IMG/VR virus record: IMGVR_UViG_3300033067_000628
Location: 9,705-73,704 of that record
Origin: a virus
Taxonomy: Duplodnaviria; Caudoviricetes
DNA: 64,000 nucleotides
Direction: 5' to 3' (one strand)
Shown here: positions 9,715-18,507 of the stretch, in pieces
Numbering within the stretch: position 1 is the first letter of the stretch
How the letters are laid out: every line of letters begins with the position of its first letter
Translations under genes and position numbers: made by a program
Notes under the pieces: model-generated
Told to the model about the DNA's origin: nothing
Seen by the model: the letters and a program-made list of their open reading frames with translations, nothing else
Database searches by the model: none

Positions 9715-11013
9715 TTAGTTGCCGCTAGAAATCAAAGCAGTCATGTTGTCTAAGATATCTTGGTATATGACTACCTGATCCGGGGTTAATGAATCAATTA
9801 AGTTATTGACTTCAGTAGGATCGTCATCAAGCTTATAAAACTCTTGAGCTGAGCCAGTAACTATTAACTTGTAAGGCCATTTGATCATTGTCTCTGCAGA
9901 AGAGGTATGAGGTACTAAACCAGATGGCTTAAACATTTGAGCAAACAAATACTGACGTGGAAGTATAGAGCTTGTATCTTGAATAACAGGCATGATGTCC
10001 ATACTATCAAGATGTCTTGTAGCTGTTACAATGGCTGTATTAGCTCCTGTGCATTCAGCAATAAAACCAAACAAGTCAACTACAGATACAAGCTGATTGG
10101 TGAATCTACCTGGATTAACTACAATAGGACCAGATATAATTAGTGGTACTCTAATGCCACCTTGGTATACACTTCTCTTGTACTTACTTGGATCAGCAGG
10201 CGGCTCTACTGCACTAGACTCAGTACCATTGTCACCTACGATAATGAATACTGTATTAGCAAGCTTGACTGAGTCCATCTCAGACATGATCTGACCTATC
10301 AAAGTATCAACTGATTCTAGGTTAGCATCATAGTAAGAGAAGATCTGCTCTGGCGTAGTAGGTAGAGTGCCAGGTGCTGGTAACCCAGCTACTGTATGCA
10401 AAGTAGATGGCGGTACGCTATAGTCAGCATGAGGTGGATTAAAACCTACATAAGCGAAGAACTTATTAGGTTGCGCATTGATCCAGGTTACAGCATCACG
10501 TTTAGCATGTGAGGCAGACCAGGTAGTCTCATCATAAGGCGGGGCAGATATGTTAGTAGATACGCCATTATTTACCTTACGCCATATCCAGTGGCTAGGA
10601 AGGTCATTAGACATACAGCCATGGAATTCATGGAAGCCATTACGCAATGGATGTAGGTCATCACTTGTAGCTGTACCAGAGTGCCACTTGCCAAAAGCAC
10701 CACATTTGTATACGCCACTAGATGTGGTACGACGTATCATCTCAGGTATTAGAATCTCTGAGTCAGGAAGCTCATATTCATTAGCAACTATATTGCAGCC
10801 ATGGCCATGTCTAAATGGGTTTCTACCAGTAAAGAGACTGGTTCTAGTTGGGCCGCATATAGGCATAGCATAGGCATTACGGAAGACAATGCCATTAGCT
10901 GCTAAGCTATTCATTACAGGGGTATTAGCGCATACTGTGTCTTCTTCATAGAATGACAACTTGCTAGGGCTAATATCATCGAGCACTATTAGGACAACAT
11001 TATATTGAGTCAT
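9715..11013 (-). CDS. Type I (formylglycine-dependent, Cys-type) sulfatase family hydrolase, about 432 aa, no signal peptide
   Basis: All canonical motifs appear in order: VLIVLDD (metal), ICGPTRTSLFTGR (CxPxR at 10843-10857), FGKWHSG, FNPPH, IVGDNG, KRSVYQGGIRVPLII. I moved the start from 11034 to 11013, where the ATG overlaps the upstream TGA (ATGA). Confidence 0.93.
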   Translation of the reverse strand: MTQYNVVLIVLDDISPSKLSFYEEDTVCANTPVMNSLAANGIVFRNAYAMPICGPTRTSLFTGRNPFRHGHGCNIVANEYELPDSEILIPEMIRRTTSSGVYKCGAFGKWHSGTATSDDLHPLRNGFHEFHGCMSNDLPSHWIWRKVNNGVSTNISAPPYDETTWSASHAKRDAVTWINAQPNKFFAYVGFNPPHADYSVPPSTLHTVAGLPAPGTLPTTPEQIFSYYDANLESVDTLIGQIMSEMDSVKLANTVFIIVGDNGTESSAVEPPADPSKYKRSVYQGGIRVPLIISGPIVVNPGRFTNQLVSVVDLFGFIAECTGANTAIVTATRHLDSMDIMPVIQDTSSILPRQYLFAQMFKPSGLVPHTSSAETMIKWPYKLIVTGSAQEFYKLDDDPTEVNNLIDSLTPDQVVIYQDILDNMTALISSGN

Positions 11014-12029
11014 TCTATTGATACCTCTGTCCATGCGGACATTTCACTTAGTTCACCAAACTCACCTTGGAATCGTACAGCGTAGCCGTAACGCCTTCCA
11101 CTCCTTATATTTCTGTCATACATTGTTTTCCAAGGTTCAGAAGTCCAGTCTTTCCAAACCTGAACATTATCGACATTATTTTCATATCTTAGTACTTGAT
11201 ATTTAACCTTTAACTTGTCTATTAAAGCATTGTTCTTACTAAGATAGTACATCGAAACCTGGACGTGTCTAGGATCAGACATAACTAATACAGAAGGAGA
11301 AGCAGGTACAACATTAACCATAGCATGTATATTCAACATACTTTGATTACCAATAGTATCTGCAAAGGTTACAACTACATCAGTAGGGTCACCAAAGATA
11401 GAGTTGGCAGTGATAGATATCTCTTGTATCTCATCTTCACAAACAGTTAGGCTGAAGTCATCTGTAGTAGGCGTAGTGCAATTTATTGCACATAGACATG
11501 GCCCTGTGCCAAGGTCAGAATATTGAATCTTAAGCTGTTGGGTTACGCTATAAAAGTATATCTTATATGGAGTAGGCAGTAAGCCCTTCTGTAGAGTGTA
11601 CTGTGCTGATGGGTTAGAGCTTACAAAGACATTAGCGTCTTGTATTATACTACTGAAGTTAAGATTACCAAGCGTACCAAACAACTGTAGGTCTAGATTT
11701 AAAGAAGCTACGCTGGCATAGTTATCGATCAATGAGCCAACTGAGTAGGCAAGCACGATAGCTTTAGTAGAGCAGTTAGTTACTATAGGGAACTCAGCAA
11801 CGCCGATTCCTTTATACTCAGGTATATATCCTGCGCTAACATCTACACCATTTATCTTAAGCACAGGTACGTAATCATATACGCCAGTAATGACAGCTCT
11901 GACATAGACAATGTCGAGGTTGTCTCTATCTTGGCAGCACTCTACTATATACAAACTCTCAGGTACAACCACGCCACCAACGTTAGCTGCTAAGCAAGAG
12001 AAGTTACTGTCATCGATTTCTGTAAACAT
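11010..12029 (-). CDS. Cys-rich protein with a C-terminal fibronectin type III-like domain, 339 aa
   Basis: The C-terminus (YQVLRYEN...MYDRNIRSGRRYGYAVRFQGEFGELSEMSAW) fits the FN3 pattern. Eight Cys residues. Coupled at both ends. Confidence 0.6.
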   Translation of the reverse strand: MFTEIDDSNFSCLAANVGGVVVPESLYIVECCQDRDNLDIVYVRAVITGVYDYVPVLKINGVDVSAGYIPEYKGIGVAEFPIVTNCSTKAIVLAYSVGSLIDNYASVASLNLDLQLFGTLGNLNFSSIIQDANVFVSSNPSAQYTLQKGLLPTPYKIYFYSVTQQLKIQYSDLGTGPCLCAINCTTPTTDDFSLTVCEDEIQEISITANSIFGDPTDVVVTFADTIGNQSMLNIHAMVNVVPASPSVLVMSDPRHVQVSMYYLSKNNALIDKLKVKYQVLRYENNVDNVQVWKDWTSEPWKTMYDRNIRSGRRYGYAVRFQGEFGELSEMSAWTEVSIE

Positions 12030-14506
12030 TATGTACCCTTAATCCAAACTATAGTCCTCTGTGCCAATGACACAGACTGCGGATTTCTTAGTGCTACACC
12101 TATATATGAATACCTTGGACATGCAATTGAAGTTATCAAGAACCCATTAGATATAGTAGTTCCAGCAACTTCTACTGCATCAGTAGGTGTAGACTTGTCA
12201 GAACCAGCATGGTATATCGACATATCAGTAGTATAGAATGGCGTAATCAAACTAATAGTATATGAGTTAGTAGTAGCGTTATAGCTCATACTATAAACAG
12301 ATATATCATTATAGGTTAAGTCTTTACCTATATATAGCGTTAGAGAATTGACAATAGGAGCAGTAGAGGATATCTTCAATATAGTGTCATTAAGATCAGC
12401 ACGCTTACTTTGATAAGACATAAGAGCACAGTAGTCTCCTACAGGAGAAATACCACCTTCTGTAATCTTACCAGTAGAATAATACTTAACAACATTGCCA
12501 TCCTGTAAGCTAATAGAATGCGTGATATCTTTATTGTCACATACAGTCATAGCTGTTAGATTGATAACTTCACTTGTACCAAGATAGCTAGTGATAAGCT
12601 TAATAGAATAGTCTGGCTCACCAAGAACCAATCTCATGGACTTATTAGGATCTACAAGACTAAAGACTGAGTCCTTATACGGTGCAGCCGTTGCACTAGA
12701 GATATTAAGAACTCCACCACGAATCGTGCCGCTGTCTAAGAACTTAATAGGTACCTTGACTACACCTTCGATATCACCTTGTTCAGTATAAGCTATAGCC
12801 ATTAAGTAGCCTACACCAGGCTTATACCGTATAGGGAACTTATCTGCAATCTTAATAGACCCAGCTCTGCTAATCGTTTTACTGGTACATAAGAGGTCGA
12901 GGCTAGAGTCAGTCTTAAGAAGGACAGCTAACGTATAGCGATATACTTTTGATGTACGTGGAGTTAGATAGCATTCAAAGAATGCAGCATCCCCGACTCT
13001 AACATTCTGTTGAGACTTAATATCAAATTTGAAGTTAGCTATGAAGTCATCTGTGTTCTTAGCATAGTCTACATTGGCTAAGATCTTACGTATTACACCA
13101 GAAGGACTTCTATTGCCAGCAGACATAAGACCTAAGTTGGAGTCTACACCTATTGGCCTGGCTTGAGCTAGACCTCTTGAAGATTGTGACTGTATCTTAT
13201 TGCCAGGATCTATAGATATTTCTTTTGGTGCAGCAACACTGATATGGTTTAATACATCATTCGATCCGTTTATGTTGATACGTGAACGTAAATTGTTACT
13301 GGATCTTATATAGACATTCTGTCCGACTGTCGTAATTGAGTCCATTACCTTAGTGCTTGGACTTACTGTCTTGTCTGCATTAGGTGTAATGTTTAGAATA
13401 ATGTCTGGCTTGTCCGGACTTCTAATACTATTGGGAGAAAGATTAAGCTGACTAGCTGTTGCACGCTTATTAATGATAGCATTGTTTTGGCTTAAGAACT
13501 CTCTAGCTTTAGCTGCTACCTTGGCATTAAGAGTACGTGACATACTTATCGAAGCACTGGCGCCTCCGTATGTAGTTCCTTTTAGCCTACCATGAAAGAC
13601 AGTACCAGGACCATATAGGCCTTCACTAGAAGACGCACCCAGAGTTCCGAATTCATATGAGTATATATTTTCTAATGGCGATAGAGCTGGATAGCCAAAG
13701 ACATTAGTAGAAGGCACACCACCAGGGCCTTCTGGACCAGGAGTAATAACAACCTGGCTTGGTTCGTCACCTGGCTCAAATGAACTAAAGATAAAGCTAG
13801 GAGTAGAAGGACCAGTCAATGGACTACTTGGGAAAGTAAATCCTGATGTACCAGTACCTATAGGACCGGTACCAAATACACCAGTCCCAGTAGCTAGGCC
13901 ACTAGAGGCGCCACCACTGTGAGGAGTGCCAGGACCTGTACCATTGCTTGGCTGGCTAAAGGTCCAGCCGCTATCAGGTTGGCTAACTCCATCGGATCCA
14001 GTAGGCGCATGATACTCACAGTATAGGCAACCGTTACTATCACTTCTTAGTATATAGTTAGGGCCACAGTTGTTGCTAGTGTTAAATGAATCACCAGATG
14101 TATTAACAGTGCCCTGAGGTGCTTGCCCGTACTGTGTAGTATAGTGAGCAGTACCACAAGGATCTACATAAGAACATGTAGGATCTGAAAGAACTAGCTG
14201 AACTAAATAAGAATGATTAGAGTCAAAGTCAGCAGGGCTCAAACCCTCTAGGCCGCCATAGTCCCATACAAACTTATAGTTACCAGCATACTTAATCACA
14301 GTAGAGTGAAGAGGATGCTGCGTATTGGGAGTCATTGTTATCCAGCTAGAAGAGCATACACTTCTATAGCCGCAATCTTCTAACACGAATTGCCAAGACC
14401 CAGCATCTGGATTAAAACAATCCTGACGCAAGTAGAAAGATATAATCAATCTACGCGCCCATGGTATGTTCTCTATAGAAGTAATATCTATCTTATGAAT
14501 AGCCAT
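12029..14506 (-). CDS. Putative virion appendage protein: Cys-rich N-domain, G/S/P/T linker, beta-rich C-domain, 825 aa
   Basis: Eight Cys in the first ~165 aa, then a low-complexity linker. TAATG coupling at both ends. Function is inferred from context only. Confidence 0.5.
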   Translation of the reverse strand: MAIHKIDITSIENIPWARRLIISFYLRQDCFNPDAGSWQFVLEDCGYRSVCSSSWITMTPNTQHPLHSTVIKYAGNYKFVWDYGGLEGLSPADFDSNHSYLVQLVLSDPTCSYVDPCGTAHYTTQYGQAPQGTVNTSGDSFNTSNNCGPNYILRSDSNGCLYCEYHAPTGSDGVSQPDSGWTFSQPSNGTGPGTPHSGGASSGLATGTGVFGTGPIGTGTSGFTFPSSPLTGPSTPSFIFSSFEPGDEPSQVVITPGPEGPGGVPSTNVFGYPALSPLENIYSYEFGTLGASSSEGLYGPGTVFHGRLKGTTYGGASASISMSRTLNAKVAAKAREFLSQNNAIINKRATASQLNLSPNSIRSPDKPDIILNITPNADKTVSPSTKVMDSITTVGQNVYIRSSNNLRSRININGSNDVLNHISVAAPKEISIDPGNKIQSQSSRGLAQARPIGVDSNLGLMSAGNRSPSGVIRKILANVDYAKNTDDFIANFKFDIKSQQNVRVGDAAFFECYLTPRTSKVYRYTLAVLLKTDSSLDLLCTSKTISRAGSIKIADKFPIRYKPGVGYLMAIAYTEQGDIEGVVKVPIKFLDSGTIRGGVLNISSATAAPYKDSVFSLVDPNKSMRLVLGEPDYSIKLITSYLGTSEVINLTAMTVCDNKDITHSISLQDGNVVKYYSTGKITEGGISPVGDYCALMSYQSKRADLNDTILKISSTAPIVNSLTLYIGKDLTYNDISVYSMSYNATTNSYTISLITPFYTTDMSIYHAGSDKSTPTDAVEVAGTTISNGFLITSIACPRYSYIGVALRNPQSVSLAQRTIVWIKGT
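13580..14010 (-). repeat. Low-complexity Gly/Ser/Pro/Thr-rich coding stretch (flexible linker)
   Basis: Encodes PNGTGPGTPHSGGASSGLATGTGVFGTGPIGTGTSG...PGPEGPGGVP. Boundaries are approximate. Confidence 0.6.
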
Positions 14507-17500
14507 TAGAATTCAGAGCTCAGGAATTGGTTTTCAAACTGAGACAGCTTGGGGTTCTGTAGTATGATTGGGAATGTAGCAACGAACTCTCTATTGAGTG
14601 GCTCACTGACACGAACCTCAAGCGCAAGTTCAGCATCGTAGTCTACTTGTATTGCACCAGAGTAATCATTGAATACTTGGTTGTGATGGAAGATAATCGT
14701 ATTCTTATTTACAGGATCAGGGTAAGCATACTTAGGTCTATACTCTACATAGAAAGTAGAGTCAATAGTACCAGCAGGAAGTTCTATCTGCCCATATGAG
14801 TAATTGATTCTATACTCATTAGACTGAGGATCAACCTGAGTCTCAGAGAAATTAATAACGCCAGCTTTAACTTTGACACTACCATTACAAGGCGGATAGC
14901 CTAATGTGATAATAGACTTATCACCATTGCTTTCGGCTACATATAGACCTGTTAAGGCTGTATCTGATAAGGTCTTATGTTGTTTACCGCTAAGACCAAC
15001 GACTGTTATATTACCATTGTTCTCTGTGCTTACATTGTATCTTGTAGAGATATACGATAGACTATCTACAACTCCTGATAGTCCACTTACGCTGAGCAAG
15101 CTACGAGGAACACTACCAACGTAAGACACCAAATGAGCATCAGGACATACAAAGCCACAAGAAAAACTGCCATTGCTATTAAGTGAGCCATAGATAGTAG
15201 AGCCTAACTGTTCTTTTGCACCATAGTGTTTTTTAGAAAGCCAGCCAGGGAAGTTCCCATTAGGATCGTATACATGTGCAACGTAGTTCCTGAGGCTGTA
15301 GGGATTATAAGAAGTATCCAATACTTGGACACTTAGACCTTCGGGAAGTTCTGCTTCTTGTGAGACTCTTAATACAGAAGGGCTCATTACAGCCTGTGCT
15401 GCATTCTTAGGGAATACATATGGAGAGATAATATTCTGAGGCTCACCAATTGTATCGCTATCAACAGAGCGTTGATGTAGCTTATCTTTACCGTAGAGTC
15501 TAGCCCAAGGAAGAACGCTCATTCTGCCATGAGGCCAGCGATACTCATGCAAGGTAGTGACTTCAGGATCTGAAGGACCACCCCATATGGTAGCAGGCAT
15601 ATCAGCTATATACAAGAACCCATTTGGGTTCTCGTTAAAGACCGGGCTAATATTCATTCTCTTGTCAATAAATATACCAGACTGATCAGTCTCAAACTCC
15701 ACAGTCATATCAGTGAAGCTAGGCTTAGGATGGTAATAGCTTGGCTCAAGAGAGTACTCGGCTTGTACTGCATCAAGTGCAAAGAAAGCACCTGTAGACA
15801 TTAGTCCAGAATAGTTATAGCCAGATAGAGTTAACTCAACCTTAGTAACGTTATCATCTAGTACTGCTGCACCAGTCTTAAGATAAACTAGAGGAGCACT
15901 AGCGAGTCCCGGCTGTGATAGATCTATTATCTGATCAGCAGGACCAAGAGGTAGATAGTATCTCTGATAGCTAGGACCTACAACGAAGTCACCTTCTATA
16001 CGAGCTGGGATCTCTTCATCATAGTTATTAAATTGAGTTACTATATACTTACCACTAAGGCCTGTAATAGATTGACCATTAGTACCAGTGATACCAGTAG
16101 GCAACATAGCATGCCAAGTAAAGCATAAGTTCTCATTGCTATGTATATCTATTTGTGGAGACGTAATAAAGCCTGGGTCTGGAGATACAGACAAGCCTAC
16201 AGCTTTATCACCCCAATATGAGAACTGATTCCATAGTATAAATACAGACCTAGGGTTGCCTTGAATCTTAGAGATCCAATCTCTAGGTGTATTACCAGAA
16301 TAGCTATAGCAGAAGTCGCTGTTCTCTAATAGGTTAGAGTTGCCACCAAATTGTATATGACTCTCGTGAGTCTTATGATCTAAGACAACTTGGAAGTCTC
16401 TATATACAGCATCAATAGGATTAGTAAATGCAATTCTGTCATCAGTAATAACTACAGGGGCACCAGCTTGATAAGACTCTGGTAAGATAAAGCTAGTAAT
16501 ACCATCTTTAATCTTAAAGACATAATAGGCATTCTCATTAGTGAATGAGTTGTCATACCATTGACGTACCTTACCCAGGATTTGAATCTCATCATTATAT
16601 GATGTGATGTTGTTATTCCTATGGTAGATAGTTAAGTTCATACCAGAAAGGTCCCAGTCCTTTTCGGATATCTCTTTATCTCTAATACGAATAGAGAGTG
16701 GCTGCTTTGTATCTAAGATACCAGGAAGCTTAAGAACTGTCTTAGCAAGATAGCCTAAGTTAAAGGCACCCTTCTTGCCATATAAATAGAATGGTCTTTC
16801 ATGAGACCAGAAGTATCCAGCTTTGATAGCAGGATAGGTCATAGTCAACTCTTGAGCTGATATAACATCAAGAGGATCTATATTACATTTCTTAGATGGA
16901 TCAAGCTCTAGTGGGGACGTAAAGATATCTTGACCAAAAAAACCATTAAGAGACTTCTTGTCGTTAGCACCAATAGCAGTTAACGGGAACTGTCTAGTGT
17001 TAAGAAGAGAGTCTACAGATATAAGTGTGGTGTTAAAGTCAGATGGTATATAGAAGCTATCAGAGCTATAGAACCATGAGGGAACTTTACCGAGAAGCGG
17101 GCTATTATCTATGATATTCAGATTAACAATAGACGAAGATGTATTGCTTAATAGCGATACGTTCTGTATAAACACTGGGTGTATAGATACAGAGTGCTGA
17201 TCAATTAAAGCTGCATTGCTAGAACCAAGAGGACCCGCTTGTCTCCAGTCTAGTATATTGACATAACTTTTTCTTACTATCTCCTGCTCATCTTGCGGGA
17301 GAGTGGCATTGTCAGAACGTAACTGAACAGGGCATGTTTGAGAATAGAAGTCATTATAGTCACTGAGCAATCTATTGTTCTTAAGATCTTCTTCATAGAA
17401 GATTGCAGCAGGACATCCAATTGTATATACTAAGTTACCAAGGCAGTAGACTGTGCTAGGATTGGAGTTACCATATGTACGTTCGCCCTGGAGTATTAGA

Positions 17501-18153
17501 CCAGCCTTGGAAGCTCCATTGAGAGCTGTAAGACCATCAAGGAAGATAGTATTGTGATAGCATCTAATATTCTTTACATACTTAACAACGATACCATACT
17601 CACCACCAACTATAAGGTTATTAACCAGATAGAGGCCTTCTATATTGTGAATATAGATCTGAGCATTCTTATTGTTAGTAACAAAGCATCTATTGATATA
17701 TAGATTATGACAGTTAAAGCCAGCTGATATACCAATCAAAAAGCTTTGAACTCTTATACCTTGTATCTTAACATTAGGATTATTAGATCCTATATCTATA
17801 CCTATTAGCCTATTGGAGATATCTTGATCACCAGATTGATTCGCTGCAGGTGTGATTACTGGTAAAGCATCAGATATTATGTTACCATTATCACCTACGT
17901 CTTGTCGTCTAATAACAAGATATCTCCCTTGTGCTTTAATAGGAGGTGTTAAGTTATCTGGTATCTTAATAGCAGAAAACTTATCATTGCCAACAAGTAC
18001 TATGTTAACATTCCCACCATCTGGAGCAGAGGTAGAAGGTAACTGATAGTTACCACCTTGCAATAGTGTAGCTATTGCATTGATGGCTTGGTTAACAGTA
18101 GCATAGGGTTGCCCCTTGCCAACATAGTAATTGTTTTCAATCAATAAAGACAT
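14506..18153 (-). CDS. Tail-spike-like protein with an N-terminal right-handed parallel beta-helix and a CBM-like domain, 1215 aa
   Basis: Starts YYVGKGQPYATVNQAINAI, a typical beta-helix cap. Asn-ladder repeats follow (NNLIVGGEYGIVVKYVKNIRCYHNTIFLDG). A later CBM-like segment runs NLLENSDF...ALDAVQAEYSLEPSYYHP (about 15730-16340). Confidence 0.7.
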   Translation of the reverse strand: MSLLIENNYYVGKGQPYATVNQAINAIATLLQGGNYQLPSTSAPDGGNVNIVLVGNDKFSAIKIPDNLTPPIKAQGRYLVIRRQDVGDNGNIISDALPVITPAANQSGDQDISNRLIGIDIGSNNPNVKIQGIRVQSFLIGISAGFNCHNLYINRCFVTNNKNAQIYIHNIEGLYLVNNLIVGGEYGIVVKYVKNIRCYHNTIFLDGLTALNGASKAGLILQGERTYGNSNPSTVYCLGNLVYTIGCPAAIFYEEDLKNNRLLSDYNDFYSQTCPVQLRSDNATLPQDEQEIVRKSYVNILDWRQAGPLGSSNAALIDQHSVSIHPVFIQNVSLLSNTSSSIVNLNIIDNSPLLGKVPSWFYSSDSFYIPSDFNTTLISVDSLLNTRQFPLTAIGANDKKSLNGFFGQDIFTSPLELDPSKKCNIDPLDVISAQELTMTYPAIKAGYFWSHERPFYLYGKKGAFNLGYLAKTVLKLPGILDTKQPLSIRIRDKEISEKDWDLSGMNLTIYHRNNNITSYNDEIQILGKVRQWYDNSFTNENAYYVFKIKDGITSFILPESYQAGAPVVITDDRIAFTNPIDAVYRDFQVVLDHKTHESHIQFGGNSNLLENSDFCYSYSGNTPRDWISKIQGNPRSVFILWNQFSYWGDKAVGLSVSPDPGFITSPQIDIHSNENLCFTWHAMLPTGITGTNGQSITGLSGKYIVTQFNNYDEEIPARIEGDFVVGPSYQRYYLPLGPADQIIDLSQPGLASAPLVYLKTGAAVLDDNVTKVELTLSGYNYSGLMSTGAFFALDAVQAEYSLEPSYYHPKPSFTDMTVEFETDQSGIFIDKRMNISPVFNENPNGFLYIADMPATIWGGPSDPEVTTLHEYRWPHGRMSVLPWARLYGKDKLHQRSVDSDTIGEPQNIISPYVFPKNAAQAVMSPSVLRVSQEAELPEGLSVQVLDTSYNPYSLRNYVAHVYDPNGNFPGWLSKKHYGAKEQLGSTIYGSLNSNGSFSCGFVCPDAHLVSYVGSVPRSLLSVSGLSGVVDSLSYISTRYNVSTENNGNITVVGLSGKQHKTLSDTALTGLYVAESNGDKSIITLGYPPCNGSVKVKAGVINFSETQVDPQSNEYRINYSYGQIELPAGTIDSTFYVEYRPKYAYPDPVNKNTIIFHHNQVFNDYSGAIQVDYDAELALEVRVSEPLNREFVATFPIILQNPKLSQFENQFLSSEF

Positions 18154-18498
18154 TTATTTTACTTTACGTTCTAGGTCCAATAGTCTAGATTGCATCAATA
18201 GGATTTCTGCTCGCATTGCCGAATCACTTTCTTTTAAGTGACTTATCTCTGAAAGATAAAAAGACTTATCAGCATTAGCCTGTGTGCCAGTATATCTATC
18301 AGCGCTAGCAACCTTGAGCTGTTCTTTTACAGCATCCATATTAGCGTTTAAGACTGCCAGACTAACATTAGTCTGCATTGAATTGCTACCAATCCATCCT
18401 ATAGATCCAACGATCAATGCTATAAATAACGTAGGTGCCACCTTCGCTAAAAAGGCAATGACCCAGTGTCTTCCATCTGTAGTTTCTTGCTCAGCCAT
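18154..18498 (-). CDS. Small membrane protein (one N-terminal TM segment plus coiled coil); holin-like candidate, 114 aa
   Basis: Hydrophobic WVIAFLAKVAPTLFIALIVGSIGWIG followed by heptad-like C-terminus. Purine-rich AAGGGGA upstream of the start. Confidence 0.45.
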   Translation of the reverse strand: MAEQETTDGRHWVIAFLAKVAPTLFIALIVGSIGWIGSNSMQTNVSLAVLNANMDAVKEQLKVASADRYTGTQANADKSFYLSEISHLKESDSAMRAEILLMQSRLLDLERKVK

Positions 18499-18507
18499 AT
18501 AGTCCCC

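Noticed and set aside
9715-11013. Sulfatase as contaminating host DNA or misassembly
   Set aside because: Overlapping and 3-nt junctions with both neighbours, and codon style similar to the flanking phage genes. Read-level confirmation is still desirable.
11014-11034. Longer N-terminus MDRGINR for the sulfatase
   Set aside because: It overlaps the upstream gene. The ATG at 11013 forms an ATGA coupling and begins exactly at the first sulfatase strand.
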